A stretch of 64,000 nucleotides of DNA from the NCBI GenBank assembly GCA_964397195.1, contig CAYNGY010000001.1, positions 70,586 through 134,585 of the forward strand, given 5' to 3'. Positions 46,405 through 56,119 of the stretch are shown here, piece after piece. The position numbers and the translations under genes are program-made. This stretch comes from an uncultured Gammaproteobacteria bacterium (GTDB lineage Bacteria; Patescibacteriota; Patescibacteriia; SBBC01; CAIJZX01). Under the pieces are notes generated by a model, which saw only the letters and a list, made by a program, of their open reading frames with translations, searched no databases and was not told the DNA's origin. Every line of letters starts with the position of its first letter. Positions within the stretch are counted from its first letter, which is position 1.

Positions 46405-46884
46405 TTACGATCGAAGTGCGGGGTGCCACCAAAACGATTCCGGGGTCCGTGAGGCGTGTCGAAGGTGGTGCCGAATGGGCACGCCACGCCGAGAGTTCAT
46501 ACTGACCGCCGTGGTTGGGCTGATAACAATCCCAATGTGGGGATGGGTGTAGTGGTGTGTGCTATCAGTTGGCCAGACCACAACGGCGCCGGCTCGCGGC
46601 GTTCGGATTCGATGCCACCCGCTTTTTTTCATGTCGGTGATTGTGCCAGTGACGGTCGCGTGACCTTCACAGAGAAGGCCGAATCGGAGCAGAAGCGTCG
46701 AAACAAAATAAGCGCATGACAGATGACCATCATCAACGATGTCCACCAATCGCCTATCTCGGTGCACGTACAGATGGCGGTAGGCGGCACTCCCAATGGA
46801 ACCATGTGCCATGGCGAGGAGTGAGGGGAGGATGGCGATCCTAGAGGCGGGTGAGGTCTTCATGCCAGTAGCATACCATACCAA
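46405..46884 (-). CDS. Secreted hypothetical protein (possible CHAP/NlpC-like fold).
   Basis: Signal peptide. Cys/His-containing core. Confidence 0.35.
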   Translation of the reverse strand: MVWYATGMKTSPASRIAILPSLLAMAHGSIGSAAYRHLYVHRDRRLVDIVDDGHLSCAYFVSTLLLRFGLLCEGHATVTGTITDMKKSGWHRIRTPRAGAVVVWPTDSTHHYTHPHIGIVISPTTAVSMNSRRGVPIRHHLRHASRTPESFWWHPALRS

Positions 46885-46921
46885 AACAGCGGGCGCTTAG
46901 CGCCCGCTGTTTAAGAGACTA

Positions 46922-48019
46922 CTATTGGGTATTCCGGTAGAGCGGCATCCCGGTGGTCGGACTGGTTGGGACGTAGATGGTGCCCTTGTTGTCCTTGAGG
47001 TTTTGGATGTAGAGGTAGTTTAGGTAATTCGGGGTTAAGCCATCGGCGATAATTTTTTGCGAGTCGCGCTGGCCGGCCGCCTCAATTCGTTTTCGTTCGG
47101 CCTCCTTCGATTCTTTTTGGAGAATGAACTCGTACTGCTGGGCCTGTTGCTCCGCCTGCAGTTTTTCTTGAATCGAGTTGGAAAGTTTTTCCGGGAGGAT
47201 AACATTTCGAAGGAGTGTGTCCTCGAGGGTGATGCCACGCGCGGTCAGTTTTTCGCTCATCAGCTTCTGAATCGCATCCGTCGCCTCTTCCCGCTTGGTG
47301 CTGTACAAGGCACTCGCATCATACTGTGATACAACTTCGCGAATGACCGATCGCACCTGCGGGCGGATAAAGTTTTCCGCGTAATCTCGTCCGAGTCCTG
47401 TATATACGTCTGAGGCTTTTTCCGCATCGAGGCGGAACAGGACGGTCAGATCAAGATTAACCTTCAAGCCTTCTTTCGTAAGGGCGTCAATCGAGTCGTC
47501 GGCCTTTCGGTTGCCCTCTTCTTTAACGATCGACATTGTGTACTGTTCGGTACGGACGCTCATCTTTGTTACGCCGCCGAGCGGGTTAATGATGTGGAGC
47601 CCCGATCGTAATTCATTCGGGCTGACACGTCCGAAAAGTTGGTAGACGCCAACCGATCCGGCCGGGACAACCACGAAGATGCGTGTGGCCACAAGAATGA
47701 CGACCACCACACCAATCGCAATACCAATAATACGCATAGACTGTTTCTGATTAGGAATAGTAAATAAAGAAGATTTTGTAATCGGCTGTTCTGATACAAC
47801 CTTCGGCTCACTCGACGAAAAGCCGATCGCCCGTCGCAGACGCTTATAAAAGAACCACCCGAGAATCGCCAGAATAATCAGTCCGAAAAAAAACTTCGGA
47901 TTAGAACCAAAAATGACTAAGGCCAAAAAAACGCCAATCGAAATCAGGACGCGTTTTGTGCCGGCATCTAAACCAGGAATGCGGGGTGGAGTAGTACTAG
48001 TAGCCATTGTCTTTTCCAC
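46922..48019 (-). CDS. SPFH/band-7 (HflK/C, prohibitin-like) membrane protein.
   Basis: N-terminal TM. VVPAGSVGVYQLFGRV...TKEGLKVNLDLTVLFRL. Coiled-coil C-terminus. Confidence 0.8.
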   Translation of the reverse strand: MEKTMATSTTPPRIPGLDAGTKRVLISIGVFLALVIFGSNPKFFFGLIILAILGWFFYKRLRRAIGFSSSEPKVVSEQPITKSSLFTIPNQKQSMRIIGIAIGVVVVILVATRIFVVVPAGSVGVYQLFGRVSPNELRSGLHIINPLGGVTKMSVRTEQYTMSIVKEEGNRKADDSIDALTKEGLKVNLDLTVLFRLDAEKASDVYTGLGRDYAENFIRPQVRSVIREVVSQYDASALYSTKREEATDAIQKLMSEKLTARGITLEDTLLRNVILPEKLSNSIQEKLQAEQQAQQYEFILQKESKEAERKRIEAAGQRDSQKIIADGLTPNYLNYLYIQNLKDNKGTIYVPTSPTTGMPLYRNTQ

Positions 48020-48187
48020 AACCAGTATACCACTTCCATCCCGTTATTTCTCGTCGGGACTTGACAAAATGAGAGATTGGTGGTATGATGCGCAGTTCTC
48101 TGATCGGGAAATCCCCGGGCGGAAACAGCAGATCGCTCTTACGATCTTCAATCTCTCAGAGGCGACCGCCGTCGCCGGAGGTGAGTC

Positions 48188-49396
48188 GTGGACTCCAATC
48201 CGAATGTTGTGTCCATGGGTTTCGCCACGATCGACGGCTTGCCTGTCGATTTTCGATCCCATCATCACCCGCACCTCGACGAGCTCCTCGCTCGCGAAGC
48301 AATCATCCGCTGTGCGGACGCCGGTTGGATTCGTTCCAACGCGTCCGGCAACGAAGATGGTCGGTACGCCATCAACCTCGGTGTACTCGGTGGCTCGTTC
48401 GACGAGCATGCTCAGCCGAAGGACAAGACGGAGCGGAAGAAGAAGGAAACCGCGGCGTCGCTGGTCTTCAAGTCGCTCGGGCTGTTCGACCACCCGTTGT
48501 TCAAGGCGGTACTCGAATATGCGATCCCGCAAGATCTCCGCGGCAAAGGGAGCCGCAATGATCTCGGGAACTTCCTGAAAACCTGGACGTACGTCCGGGT
48601 CTGGAAGCAGCAGGGCGCTGAATCGGACCTCGTCAACCGCTGGTTTGCGACGGCGCTTGAAGCGTTGCTCTACACCGAACTGCTTCGGCAGTCCGGAGTG
48701 GTGCTGACGCCCGGCGTCATGTCGGCTCTCCAGCGCCCGTTCCAGGTCGGGTCGATGTCGCTGTTCATCCGTCTCCATCAGAACGCGAAGGTGGCGACGG
48801 CGTGGCGGCGTCACGTTTCCCGAATCCGCGTTCTCGCGCGGCAGGGATTCCTCGCGGCTCGTGACGAACTGATCGCCGCAGCCAAGACCCAGGAAGTCAC
48901 AGCCGGTGATCGCAAGGTCACCATCTGCGTCTACCATGGCGACAACCCGTTTGCCCTCCGGGCCTACCGGTCCGAAGGTGCTCCGGGTGGCGAGGTCTTC
49001 ATGCAGTTCAAGAGCACCGGCCACATTCTGATTGCGGCCACCTCGCGCAGTCGCCTGCGGCTCGATTGGGCAGTGACGCTACTGCGGTCGAGTCTCTACG
49101 GCACGCTGGTGCAGCAGAATCAGGTAGTCAAGTCGGATGTGCCGCGGGCCTTCCGGCTGCGGTATGAAGGGACGTTGCCTGGTGCGCCGCACATTTACTT
49201 CATGCGCGGTGACGCCCGGCAGATCCACAACAGCACGCCGACCCATCCGCACGTTCCGCCGCTCATCAAGCCGGCGGGTCCGATGCCGGCCGACCAGTGC
49301 ATGAAAATGCTGGTCGAAGGACTGCGACGCGAACTCGCGGATCAGGCCCTGCCGCAGAAGCCGGAACCAAAGCCGGTGCAGGCGGCCCAAGATTGA
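48188..49396 (+). CDS. Hypothetical protein.
   Basis: GTG start with GGAGGTGA 5 nt upstream. More protein-like than the overlapping antisense ORF. Terminator at 49413-49452. Confidence 0.5.
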   Translation: MDSNPNVVSMGFATIDGLPVDFRSHHHPHLDELLAREAIIRCADAGWIRSNASGNEDGRYAINLGVLGGSFDEHAQPKDKTERKKKETAASLVFKSLGLFDHPLFKAVLEYAIPQDLRGKGSRNDLGNFLKTWTYVRVWKQQGAESDLVNRWFATALEALLYTELLRQSGVVLTPGVMSALQRPFQVGSMSLFIRLHQNAKVATAWRRHVSRIRVLARQGFLAARDELIAAAKTQEVTAGDRKVTICVYHGDNPFALRAYRSEGAPGGEVFMQFKSTGHILIAATSRSRLRLDWAVTLLRSSLYGTLVQQNQVVKSDVPRAFRLRYEGTLPGAPHIYFMRGDARQIHNSTPTHPHVPPLIKPAGPMPADQCMKMLVEGLRRELADQALPQKPEPKPVQAAQD

Positions 49397-49495
49397 GAGA
49401 AAGGAGATCGACCCCAGCGGGGCCCCGGCACATGCCGCGGCCCCGCTCTTCATATCTTGTCATACAGCGAGAAGCGTGATACGTTTCTCCCCGAT

Positions 49496-49572
49496 GCGCC
49501 CGTAGCTCAGTGGATTAGAGCATTTGGCTTCGGACCAAAGGGTCGGGGGTTCGAGTCCCTCCGGGCGCACCA
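49496..49572 (+). tRNA. tRNA-Arg (anticodon UCG).
   Basis: GCGCCCGTAGCTCAGTGGATTAGAGC...anticodon loop CTTCGGA...GGTTCGAGTCC...CGGGCGCACCA. Confidence 0.85.
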
Positions 49573-49700
49573 GACTGGTCGCGAAGCGACACAAAAGAAA
49601 TGAGCCCGAAGAGGGGCGAGAAGGGCAGAAGAGAGGTCGAGCGTAGCGACGACCGAACGACCGGCGAGTTGCCGGCAGCAAGTCGCCGCTGCCCCGGACC

Positions 49701-49721
49701 CGAGTCCCTCCGGGCGCACCA
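49701..49721 (+). repeat. Perfect 21-bp direct repeat of the tRNA-Arg 3' end (CGAGTCCCTCCGGGCGCACCA). Candidate att site or scar.
   Basis: Identical to 49552-49572, 128 bp upstream. Confidence 0.7.
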
Positions 49722-49785
49722 TTTGGAAAAAAGTAGTCGTTCTCGTGTTTGGTCGGACCAATGTCGAATACCTAATCATCAAGAC

Positions 49786-50529
49786 ATGAATCACGAGCTG
49801 GGGATAGAGCTCGCGCGTCACCAACACCAGTCGACGGAGAAAGAAACGGTGCTGGCGGAAGCGGCCGTTGTAAAAAAGATTCCCCTTCGGCAAATACAGC
49901 CGGATGCGTTTCGCGTTGAGTTCATAAATGGCGAACAAGCTATATTCAAGCCGGAAAAAAGTGATGCGACGATGGCCAGTATACGCAATGGGCATAAAAA
50001 TGAGCGGGCCGCATTCCTTGTTGATCAATTGTTGGCACTACAACTTGTACCGACAACCGTGTTACGAGAGATTGATGGTCAAATGGGGAGCGTTCAAGAA
50101 TTTATCCCCGACGCCAGGAATATTCATGAAATACCCAAAGAACAACAAGTCGCCGCACGGCACCAACTTGGAGACGTTTGGGCATTCGATTTTATTATCG
50201 GAAATCGGGATCGGAACTCCGGAAACGCATTGTTTGATGTCGAGGGGCGAGTATATGGGATAGACCATGGGCAATCATTCCAAGATTCTTTTTATTCTTT
50301 TGCCACACCTCCGACCTGGGATTTTGATCGGCTGGGAGAGGCCCTGAAGACATTTACCCTCAGTGAGGCGGCGGCAGATCAATTACGAGCTGAATTATTA
50401 GAATTCCTATCTCCGAAACAGGTAGACGCGTGCCTGCACCGAATCTCGGTGTTGGCTACCGAGTTAGAAAAGACTGAGCATACCGAGAAGCCGTCTGCCT
50501 GGGCGAGTCAAAACTTTTATACCTCCTAA
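49786..50529 (+). CDS. PI3K/PI4K-like atypical kinase-fold protein. Sits in a low-GC patch.
   Basis: Catalytic-loop-like IIGNRDRNSGNALFD and activation-segment-like GIDHGQSF. Start at MNHELG. Confidence 0.5.
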   Translation: MNHELGIELARHQHQSTEKETVLAEAAVVKKIPLRQIQPDAFRVEFINGEQAIFKPEKSDATMASIRNGHKNERAAFLVDQLLALQLVPTTVLREIDGQMGSVQEFIPDARNIHEIPKEQQVAARHQLGDVWAFDFIIGNRDRNSGNALFDVEGRVYGIDHGQSFQDSFYSFATPPTWDFDRLGEALKTFTLSEAAADQLRAELLEFLSPKQVDACLHRISVLATELEKTEHTEKPSAWASQNFYTS

Positions 50530-50560
50530 AATAATAGGAAGGTAAAATACTATCGTACGT

Positions 50561-50898
50561 ATGGGCACGTTAGCAATATTATTCACCACACAGCTCCTGT
50601 TCAGCACCGGAGATGTAATTGCACGGTCGGCTTTGGTGAAGCATGGATTTTCTGTTGCTACCTTTTTTTCGTGGTGGTTTGTGGTATATGTGCTCCTGCG
50701 AACTATCGCGACTTTCGGACAACTTTTATTCTTAGTCAAACCCAATTAGGACGGAGTGCCGCCTTATTTGGCGCGGTTTCAATCATCATCGCCAATCTCC
50801 TCTCGTATTTTTACTTACGTGAATCGCTTTCGTTATGGATGTATGGTGGGGTCATGCTCGCTGTTATGGCCTTCCTTGTACTAGCCGTAACTAAATAA
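50561..50898 (+). pseudogene. Possibly frameshifted small membrane-protein gene (two overlapping 62- and 75-aa hydrophobic ORFs in different frames).
   Basis: ORFs 50561..50749 and 50671..50898 overlap. Both are TM-like. Confidence 0.25.
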
Positions 50899-50940
50899 AC
50901 GGCGACAGGCAGAGAGATTTCAACTTGTAGATACAAAAAA

Positions 50941-50956
50941 ACATCGCCGTGGCGAT
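50941..50956 (-). terminator. Minus-strand intrinsic terminator CATCGCCACGGCGATG followed by TTTTTTT.
   Basis: Read from the reverse complement, just downstream of the 51008 stop. Confidence 0.6.
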
Positions 50957-51007
50957 GAAGGAAAGGGAGTGGTCCGGTCGCGCGTGGTGCGCGACCGGAC
51001 CCTCGGT

Positions 51008-53134
51008 TCAGTCGATCCGGACAATTCGCGTGACGCTTGACCCGAAGCGGGTCTGCGTCCGTGCGAAATACATTCCGGCCGACAAGGTGCGGTTCGGCTG
51101 CCAGTCGAGCGTGTGCTGACCGGCAGAGTACTCGGCGTTGATCGGGCGATCGACGAGTCGCCCTTGAACGTCGTAGACGTTCATCGTGACCATCGACGTA
51201 CCCGGCAGACTAAACCGGATGGTCGTCGAGGTCTGGAAAGGACAAGGACCGAAGGATGGCAGCGCGAGGGCCGTGGCGTCAGCGGAGTCGTCGGACCCCG
51301 ACTGGCTAGCCATGGCGGGGCCAGTCACGACCGTAAGGCGTCCCCACTGGTCGAGCATCAAGCTGCCCGGAATGAGGCTCCCAGCGCCATTGTTGAGCGC
51401 CGGATACCACTTTCCATCGCGTGGCCGATAGCACAGGACATCGTCCAGTCCGTCCTGGTTCAGATCGACCAGTTTCGGAATGTACGGGCCAGTGCTTTCG
51501 GTCGCCCATCCGGTGACCATGGTTGGCCCGGGGACGAGATGGCCGCCGACGAACGTCGCCGGAATCCACGTCCCGCTACTCGGCCGGTACATGATCATGC
51601 CGTCATACGACCCGGCGGCGATCTTGCCGGCCAGCGGAATGTACGGCCCGGTACTCGCGGGGCACCAGCCAGCGATGGCGGCGTCCTGCGGCACCAGTCG
51701 TCCGTTCCCCATGTTCTGAGTCGGATAGTAGTTTCCATCACTCGCGCGGATGGCCATGACCTCGTCGAGTGCATCGCCGAGGAAATTGCCGACCACCATC
51801 GAGTAGGTCGTACCACCAGCCCAATTGGCCAACATCGCGTCCTGCGGGACGAATCCTGACCCGGTGTTGAGCGCCGGATAGAGATTGCCGTCAGCCACGC
51901 GGCGAACCATGACCTCGTCGAGTGAATCGGCGAGGAAGTTTCCGACCAGCGGCACGTAGGCGTCTCCGGCCGCCCAGTTCGTCATCACCGCGTTCTGCGG
52001 GACGAGACCTGAGGCGGTGTTGAATGCCGGATACCAGTTTCCATCAGCCGGTCGACGCGCCATGACGCTCGTCCGAATCGTTCGGGTGAACTTTCCGGTC
52101 AGCGCCGTATACGCGTTGCCCGACGCCCACGAAGTGAGGACGGGAGCGGTGTTCGGCAGGAAGCTGCTGATGCCAGCACTCCCGGTCGTGTTCGAAGCGA
52201 TCGACCAGTTTCCGAGGTCGGGCTGGTAGAGCCCGATGTCCGGATATCGGTCACCATCGAACCAACCGACGAGCGGCGTGAACGTAGTGCCCGCGACCTG
52301 CGCGGTCTGCACCGTCACCGTGATGGTGCCGAGCATGTCGGTGAAGAACTGTCCGTTGCTGGTGTTGCAGAGTGCGAGGTAGAGGACGAACGTGCCCGAT
52401 GCCTGCGGTGCTCGAATCGTGAAAGGGAAAATGCCGGTCGCTGTGGCCGTCCGGATGGACGTGACATTCGACCAACTTGCCCAATTCGGCACCTCGTCAC
52501 CGGTCCGCACCGCGAACCAATACGTCGAGTCGGCATGGAGCCCAGTGACACGGAGCGTGTCCTGCGTTCCCGGCAAACTCGGGATGGTCGGGTAGATCAA
52601 GCGCGAAGCGCCAAGCCACTGGTTCGTCACCAGCGATGTTCCGCTCCGTCGGACATCGTACACACTAGCCTGACCCGTCATCCCGTCATCACCAACCGCC
52701 GTCCAACCGAGTCGCGCGGAATTGGTGGCATTGTTCGTGCCACCCTCACCGAGAACCGAGGTGGTCGGGGCGGTGATGTCGATCGTGCTCCCGGATCGCC
52801 AGTTGTAGGCGAGCGGCGAGACCGATGTCGCGGTGGCCGTGTTGTTCACGGACCGCAGGATGTAGTTCGAGGTCGACCAGGTGTTGCTGCCGATGTTCTT
52901 GACGGCGAGGGTACAGGCGACGACCTGACCCGGGGCGAGGGTCAGCAACGTACCCGGCGCGATTCGGACCATGACGCCCGCGTCCGCGCCGATCGCTGCT
53001 GCGCTTGCCAAGTCCGGCCCCATCGGCGATTCCGATTCGGGGAGAAGGACGTGGTCAATCGCGTCCGCCGCCATTACCGGGTAGGCAATGAGCAGAGCGA
53101 AGGACAGCGCCAGTAATGCATACAGAGTCTTCAT
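51008..53134 (-). CDS. Large secreted protein with six or more FG-GAP/VCBS-like repeats and a T9SS-type (TIGR04183-like) C-terminal sorting domain.
   Basis: Signal peptide MKTLYALLALSFALLIAYPVMA. Repeats DGNxYPAxNTGSGxVPQ...WAxG. CTD CPFQTSTTIRFSLPGTSMVTMNVYDVQGRLV...SAGMYFARTQT...TRIVRID. Confidence 0.7.
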   Translation of the reverse strand: MKTLYALLALSFALLIAYPVMAADAIDHVLLPESESPMGPDLASAAAIGADAGVMVRIAPGTLLTLAPGQVVACTLAVKNIGSNTWSTSNYILRSVNNTATATSVSPLAYNWRSGSTIDITAPTTSVLGEGGTNNATNSARLGWTAVGDDGMTGQASVYDVRRSGTSLVTNQWLGASRLIYPTIPSLPGTQDTLRVTGLHADSTYWFAVRTGDEVPNWASWSNVTSIRTATATGIFPFTIRAPQASGTFVLYLALCNTSNGQFFTDMLGTITVTVQTAQVAGTTFTPLVGWFDGDRYPDIGLYQPDLGNWSIASNTTGSAGISSFLPNTAPVLTSWASGNAYTALTGKFTRTIRTSVMARRPADGNWYPAFNTASGLVPQNAVMTNWAAGDAYVPLVGNFLADSLDEVMVRRVADGNLYPALNTGSGFVPQDAMLANWAGGTTYSMVVGNFLGDALDEVMAIRASDGNYYPTQNMGNGRLVPQDAAIAGWCPASTGPYIPLAGKIAAGSYDGMIMYRPSSGTWIPATFVGGHLVPGPTMVTGWATESTGPYIPKLVDLNQDGLDDVLCYRPRDGKWYPALNNGAGSLIPGSLMLDQWGRLTVVTGPAMASQSGSDDSADATALALPSFGPCPFQTSTTIRFSLPGTSMVTMNVYDVQGRLVDRPINAEYSAGQHTLDWQPNRTLSAGMYFARTQTRFGSSVTRIVRID

Positions 53135-53457
53135 CTCCATGACCTCCGTGTGGGGGGTGAGGCTCTGTGTGGTCTTTATTTTCGATCCCACAGCAAAGCC
53201 GTGGGTTTATTTTTGCTAAATTGGCAAGCTGCTCGCCAGATTTCGAACTGCGCACTATATCAGGTTTACGCCGGTTTGTCAAGACCGGCGTTGTTTATAT
53301 CTTTGCGAGGTAGAGTATAGCACCTCTAACGAGCAGGTCTCGGATTTTGGCTAACCTTTCAGCATAGCAAATGAAACTGAAGAAACGCTGAAGGCTTGTC
53401 GAAGAAGGAAATTGCTGATATTATTCGAGCGCTTCAAAAATGAAGCGTTGAAAAGTA

Positions 53458-53533
53458 CGGGGTGTGGCGCAGTTGGTAGCGCGCCTGCTTTGGGAGCAGG
53501 AGGCCGCAGGTTCGAACCCTGTCACCCCGACCA
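53458..53533 (+). tRNA. tRNA-Pro (anticodon UGG).
   Basis: CGGGGTGTGGCGCAGTTGGTAGCGC...anticodon loop TTTGGGA...GGTTCGAACCC...CACCCCGACCA. Confidence 0.85.
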
Positions 53534-53719
53534 CGCGTGATCGCGACCTCGCTTAAACGGAGGTGCTTTCGCTTCTCCGTTGCCGATCCGCTCGCGTCCG
53601 GCGTACCCCTCATTTGTGGGGATCCCGCATTATTGGGTTGACATAATCACAGCGCGCCATTAAGCTCGCGGTGGAACTTTGGCAATCGAAGAAACCGGCC
53701 CATAACGGCGGAGGAAATC

Positions 53720-54820
53720 ATGAGCGCACGCAGTGTTTTTGAAAGGCTCTTGGTGCCAGCGCAGATCACCATTAACGGTGCTGCGCCGTGGGACATTCGC
53801 GTCCACAACACGGCTTTGTACGATCGCGTCTTGCGCGGTGGGTCGATGGCGCTCGGCGAGTCGTATATGGATGGTTGGTGGGACGTCGAACGTCTCGATG
53901 AATTCTTCTGTCGCATTCTCGCCGCGCGGATCGATCGGAATGTGCGCTTCGCGCCGTCGTCGATGCTGGCGATTCTCCGGGCCCACTTCCGGATCACGCC
54001 ACAGCAATCGTTTATCGTCGGTCAGGAACACTACGACCGCGGTAACGATCTGTACGCGGCGATGCTCGGTCCGACCATGGCCTACACCTGCGGGTACTGG
54101 CAACTCGCCACGACGCTCGAGGAAGCCCAGGTTGCCAAGCTGGATCTCGTCTGTCGGAAACTCAAGCTCCGGCCCGGAATGTCGGTACTCGACATCGGCT
54201 CAGGATGGGGGAGTTTTGCCCACTACGCCGCGGAGCAGTACGGCGTGTCCGTCACCGGCGTTACCATCTCGGTTGAGCAAGTGGAGTTTGCGCGGCAGTG
54301 GTGTCGGGGGCTGCCGATCGAGTTCAAGCTCTGCGACTACCGCCATGCGACCGGTCAGTACGATCGCGTCGTTTCCCTCGGCATGTTCGAACACGTCGGT
54401 CGGCGGCAGTACCGCACCTTCATGGATGTGGTGGATCGCCGTTTGGCCCCGGATGGCCTCTTCCTGCTGCACACCATTGGTGGCGCCGCTGGGAATGAAC
54501 CAGATCCGTGGGTGGAGAAGTACATCTTCCCGAATGGTGTCATCCCGTCGCTGGAGCAGATCCATCGCGCCAGCGAACCGGGCTGGATCTTCGAAGATGG
54601 TCACAACTTCGGGGCCGATTACGACCCGACCCTGATGGCCTGGCGGCAGAACTTCATCCAGGCCTGGCCGCAACTGGCGGCGAAGTATGGCCAGCGATTC
54701 TACCGGATGTGGGAGTACTGGCTCTGCGCCTCGGCCGGATCTTTCCGGGCGCGTCACAGCCAGCTCTGGCAGCTCGTCTTCTCGCGCGGCATCCGCGGCG
54801 GCTATCGCTCGGTTCGCTAA
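53720..54820 (+). CDS. cfa: Cyclopropane-fatty-acyl-phospholipid synthase.
   Basis: VLDIGSGWGSFAHYAAEQYG SAM motif, and Cfa-specific segments (YTCGYW, FEHVG). Confidence 0.9.
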   Translation: MSARSVFERLLVPAQITINGAAPWDIRVHNTALYDRVLRGGSMALGESYMDGWWDVERLDEFFCRILAARIDRNVRFAPSSMLAILRAHFRITPQQSFIVGQEHYDRGNDLYAAMLGPTMAYTCGYWQLATTLEEAQVAKLDLVCRKLKLRPGMSVLDIGSGWGSFAHYAAEQYGVSVTGVTISVEQVEFARQWCRGLPIEFKLCDYRHATGQYDRVVSLGMFEHVGRRQYRTFMDVVDRRLAPDGLFLLHTIGGAAGNEPDPWVEKYIFPNGVIPSLEQIHRASEPGWIFEDGHNFGADYDPTLMAWRQNFIQAWPQLAAKYGQRFYRMWEYWLCASAGSFRARHSQLWQLVFSRGIRGGYRSVR

Positions 54821-54963
54821 CAATCGCACCTGCTCTCGATGTGCCCTCGCCCACGTGGTGAGGGTTTTCTCTGTCACGTAATTGACAGGGCAAGCGCCCA
54901 GTGATAGCGTCGAGGCGTAACGTCCCCGTTGTCCCAGCAACCATCTTCCCGAGGGAGCACGTC

Positions 54964-55527
54964 ATGCACCGATCTTTGACTCCGCTGTTCGCGCTGTTTC
55001 TCCTCGTGGGCGGCGGTCTTCAGTCCGCCAGCGGCCAGACCATCACCTCGATGCACCTGTGGTCGCTCGACCCGAACGAGTACCTCAGCCAGGGCCAGGA
55101 CCTGACCTTCACGCCGGCGACCGGCACGTTCAACGTTTTCGTGAACTTCCGCTCCGGCGTGACCGCCATCTTCCAGGATTCGAACAACGAGAACCTGTGG
55201 TGGCGAGTCGAGCTGTCGGCGCCGAACAACGAACTGATCGTCCCCGGCCAGGTCTACGAAGGAGCGGTGTTCTTCAACACCGTGCCGCTCCACCTGCCGG
55301 GAGTCGGCGCAAGCACCTACGGGCGCTGGTGTCAGCAGATGGGCGGTCGGTTCGAGTGCCGCGTGAACGACAGCGACTTCAGCGAGGTTCGTCACCTGTG
55401 GGTACTCGGCGAGCTCGACTGCGACTACATGGGGCGCAAGCTCCAGTTCGACATCCGCTACAAGGTCGACCAGGCTGTGCCGACGCTGTCGCGTACCTGG
55501 GGTGACCTGAAGACGAAGTACCGTTGA
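54964..55527 (+). CDS. Secreted hypothetical protein.
   Basis: GAGGGAG SD. Signal peptide LTPLFALFLLVGGGLQSASG. Confidence 0.5.
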   Translation: MHRSLTPLFALFLLVGGGLQSASGQTITSMHLWSLDPNEYLSQGQDLTFTPATGTFNVFVNFRSGVTAIFQDSNNENLWWRVELSAPNNELIVPGQVYEGAVFFNTVPLHLPGVGASTYGRWCQQMGGRFECRVNDSDFSEVRHLWVLGELDCDYMGRKLQFDIRYKVDQAVPTLSRTWGDLKTKYR

Positions 55528-55572
55528 TGTCCCGCGGTACGCACGAATCGGGCCCGGCAGACCGTCGGGCCC

Positions 55573-56004
55573 GTGATTTCTTTCGCCGGAGGTCGCATGC
55601 ACAATTCGGAATCAGTACCGCTGATCTGGCGATGGACAGAAGGGCACCTGACGTTCGAACGGTTCAGTCAAGAACTCCTGTCGTTTGAACATTTCGCCGC
55701 TAGGCTCTTGCGTCATGTGTGGGCAGCGATGGCCGTGCTGGGTGCCGAGCTTGTGCTCGGCGTCATCGGCTATACTACCATCGCGCACCTCACTCCGATT
55801 GACGCGTTGTACAATGCGGCGATGCTCGCGGGCGGGCAGGGGCCGGTCGATCTGATGCCGACGTGGCAAGCCAAGATCTGGGGGTCATTCTACGCGCTAT
55901 TCAGCGGTGCCTTCGGGATGATCATTCTCGGACTTCTCGTCGCGCCGATCTGGCATCGGTGCGAGCACTGGCACCGCCGACACAATCACCACCAGCCAAC
56001 CTAG
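55573..56004 (+). CDS. Membrane protein, unknown function.
   Basis: Three hydrophobic segments. His-rich C-terminus. Confidence 0.35.
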   Translation: MISFAGGRMHNSESVPLIWRWTEGHLTFERFSQELLSFEHFAARLLRHVWAAMAVLGAELVLGVIGYTTIAHLTPIDALYNAAMLAGGQGPVDLMPTWQAKIWGSFYALFSGAFGMIILGLLVAPIWHRCEHWHRRHNHHQPT

Positions 56005-56119
56005 TTTGTACCATGGCGCGCGGCCTCTCCGGTTCGCGCGCCGCCTTATTTTTCGGCGCCGCAAATGTGTGATATGGTGAGCATATCCAAAGTGAGCCTT
56101 AATCACGATAATTCGTTTC

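Noticed and set aside
48044-49024. 326-aa minus-strand ORF overlapping the hypothetical gene 48188-49396.
   Set aside because: The plus-strand ORF has an SD site and a GTG start, and a more protein-like composition. The minus ORF is Arg/Pro-rich shadow sequence.
49600-49785. Upstream extension of the kinase-like ORF across the att-like repeat.
   Set aside because: It overlaps the duplicated tRNA 3' end and has no SD site. The protein similarity begins only at MNHELG.
51113-51859. 248-aa plus-strand ORF inside the large secreted repeat-protein gene.
   Set aside because: It is antisense to a gene with a signal peptide, internal repeats and a recognisable C-terminal sorting domain.
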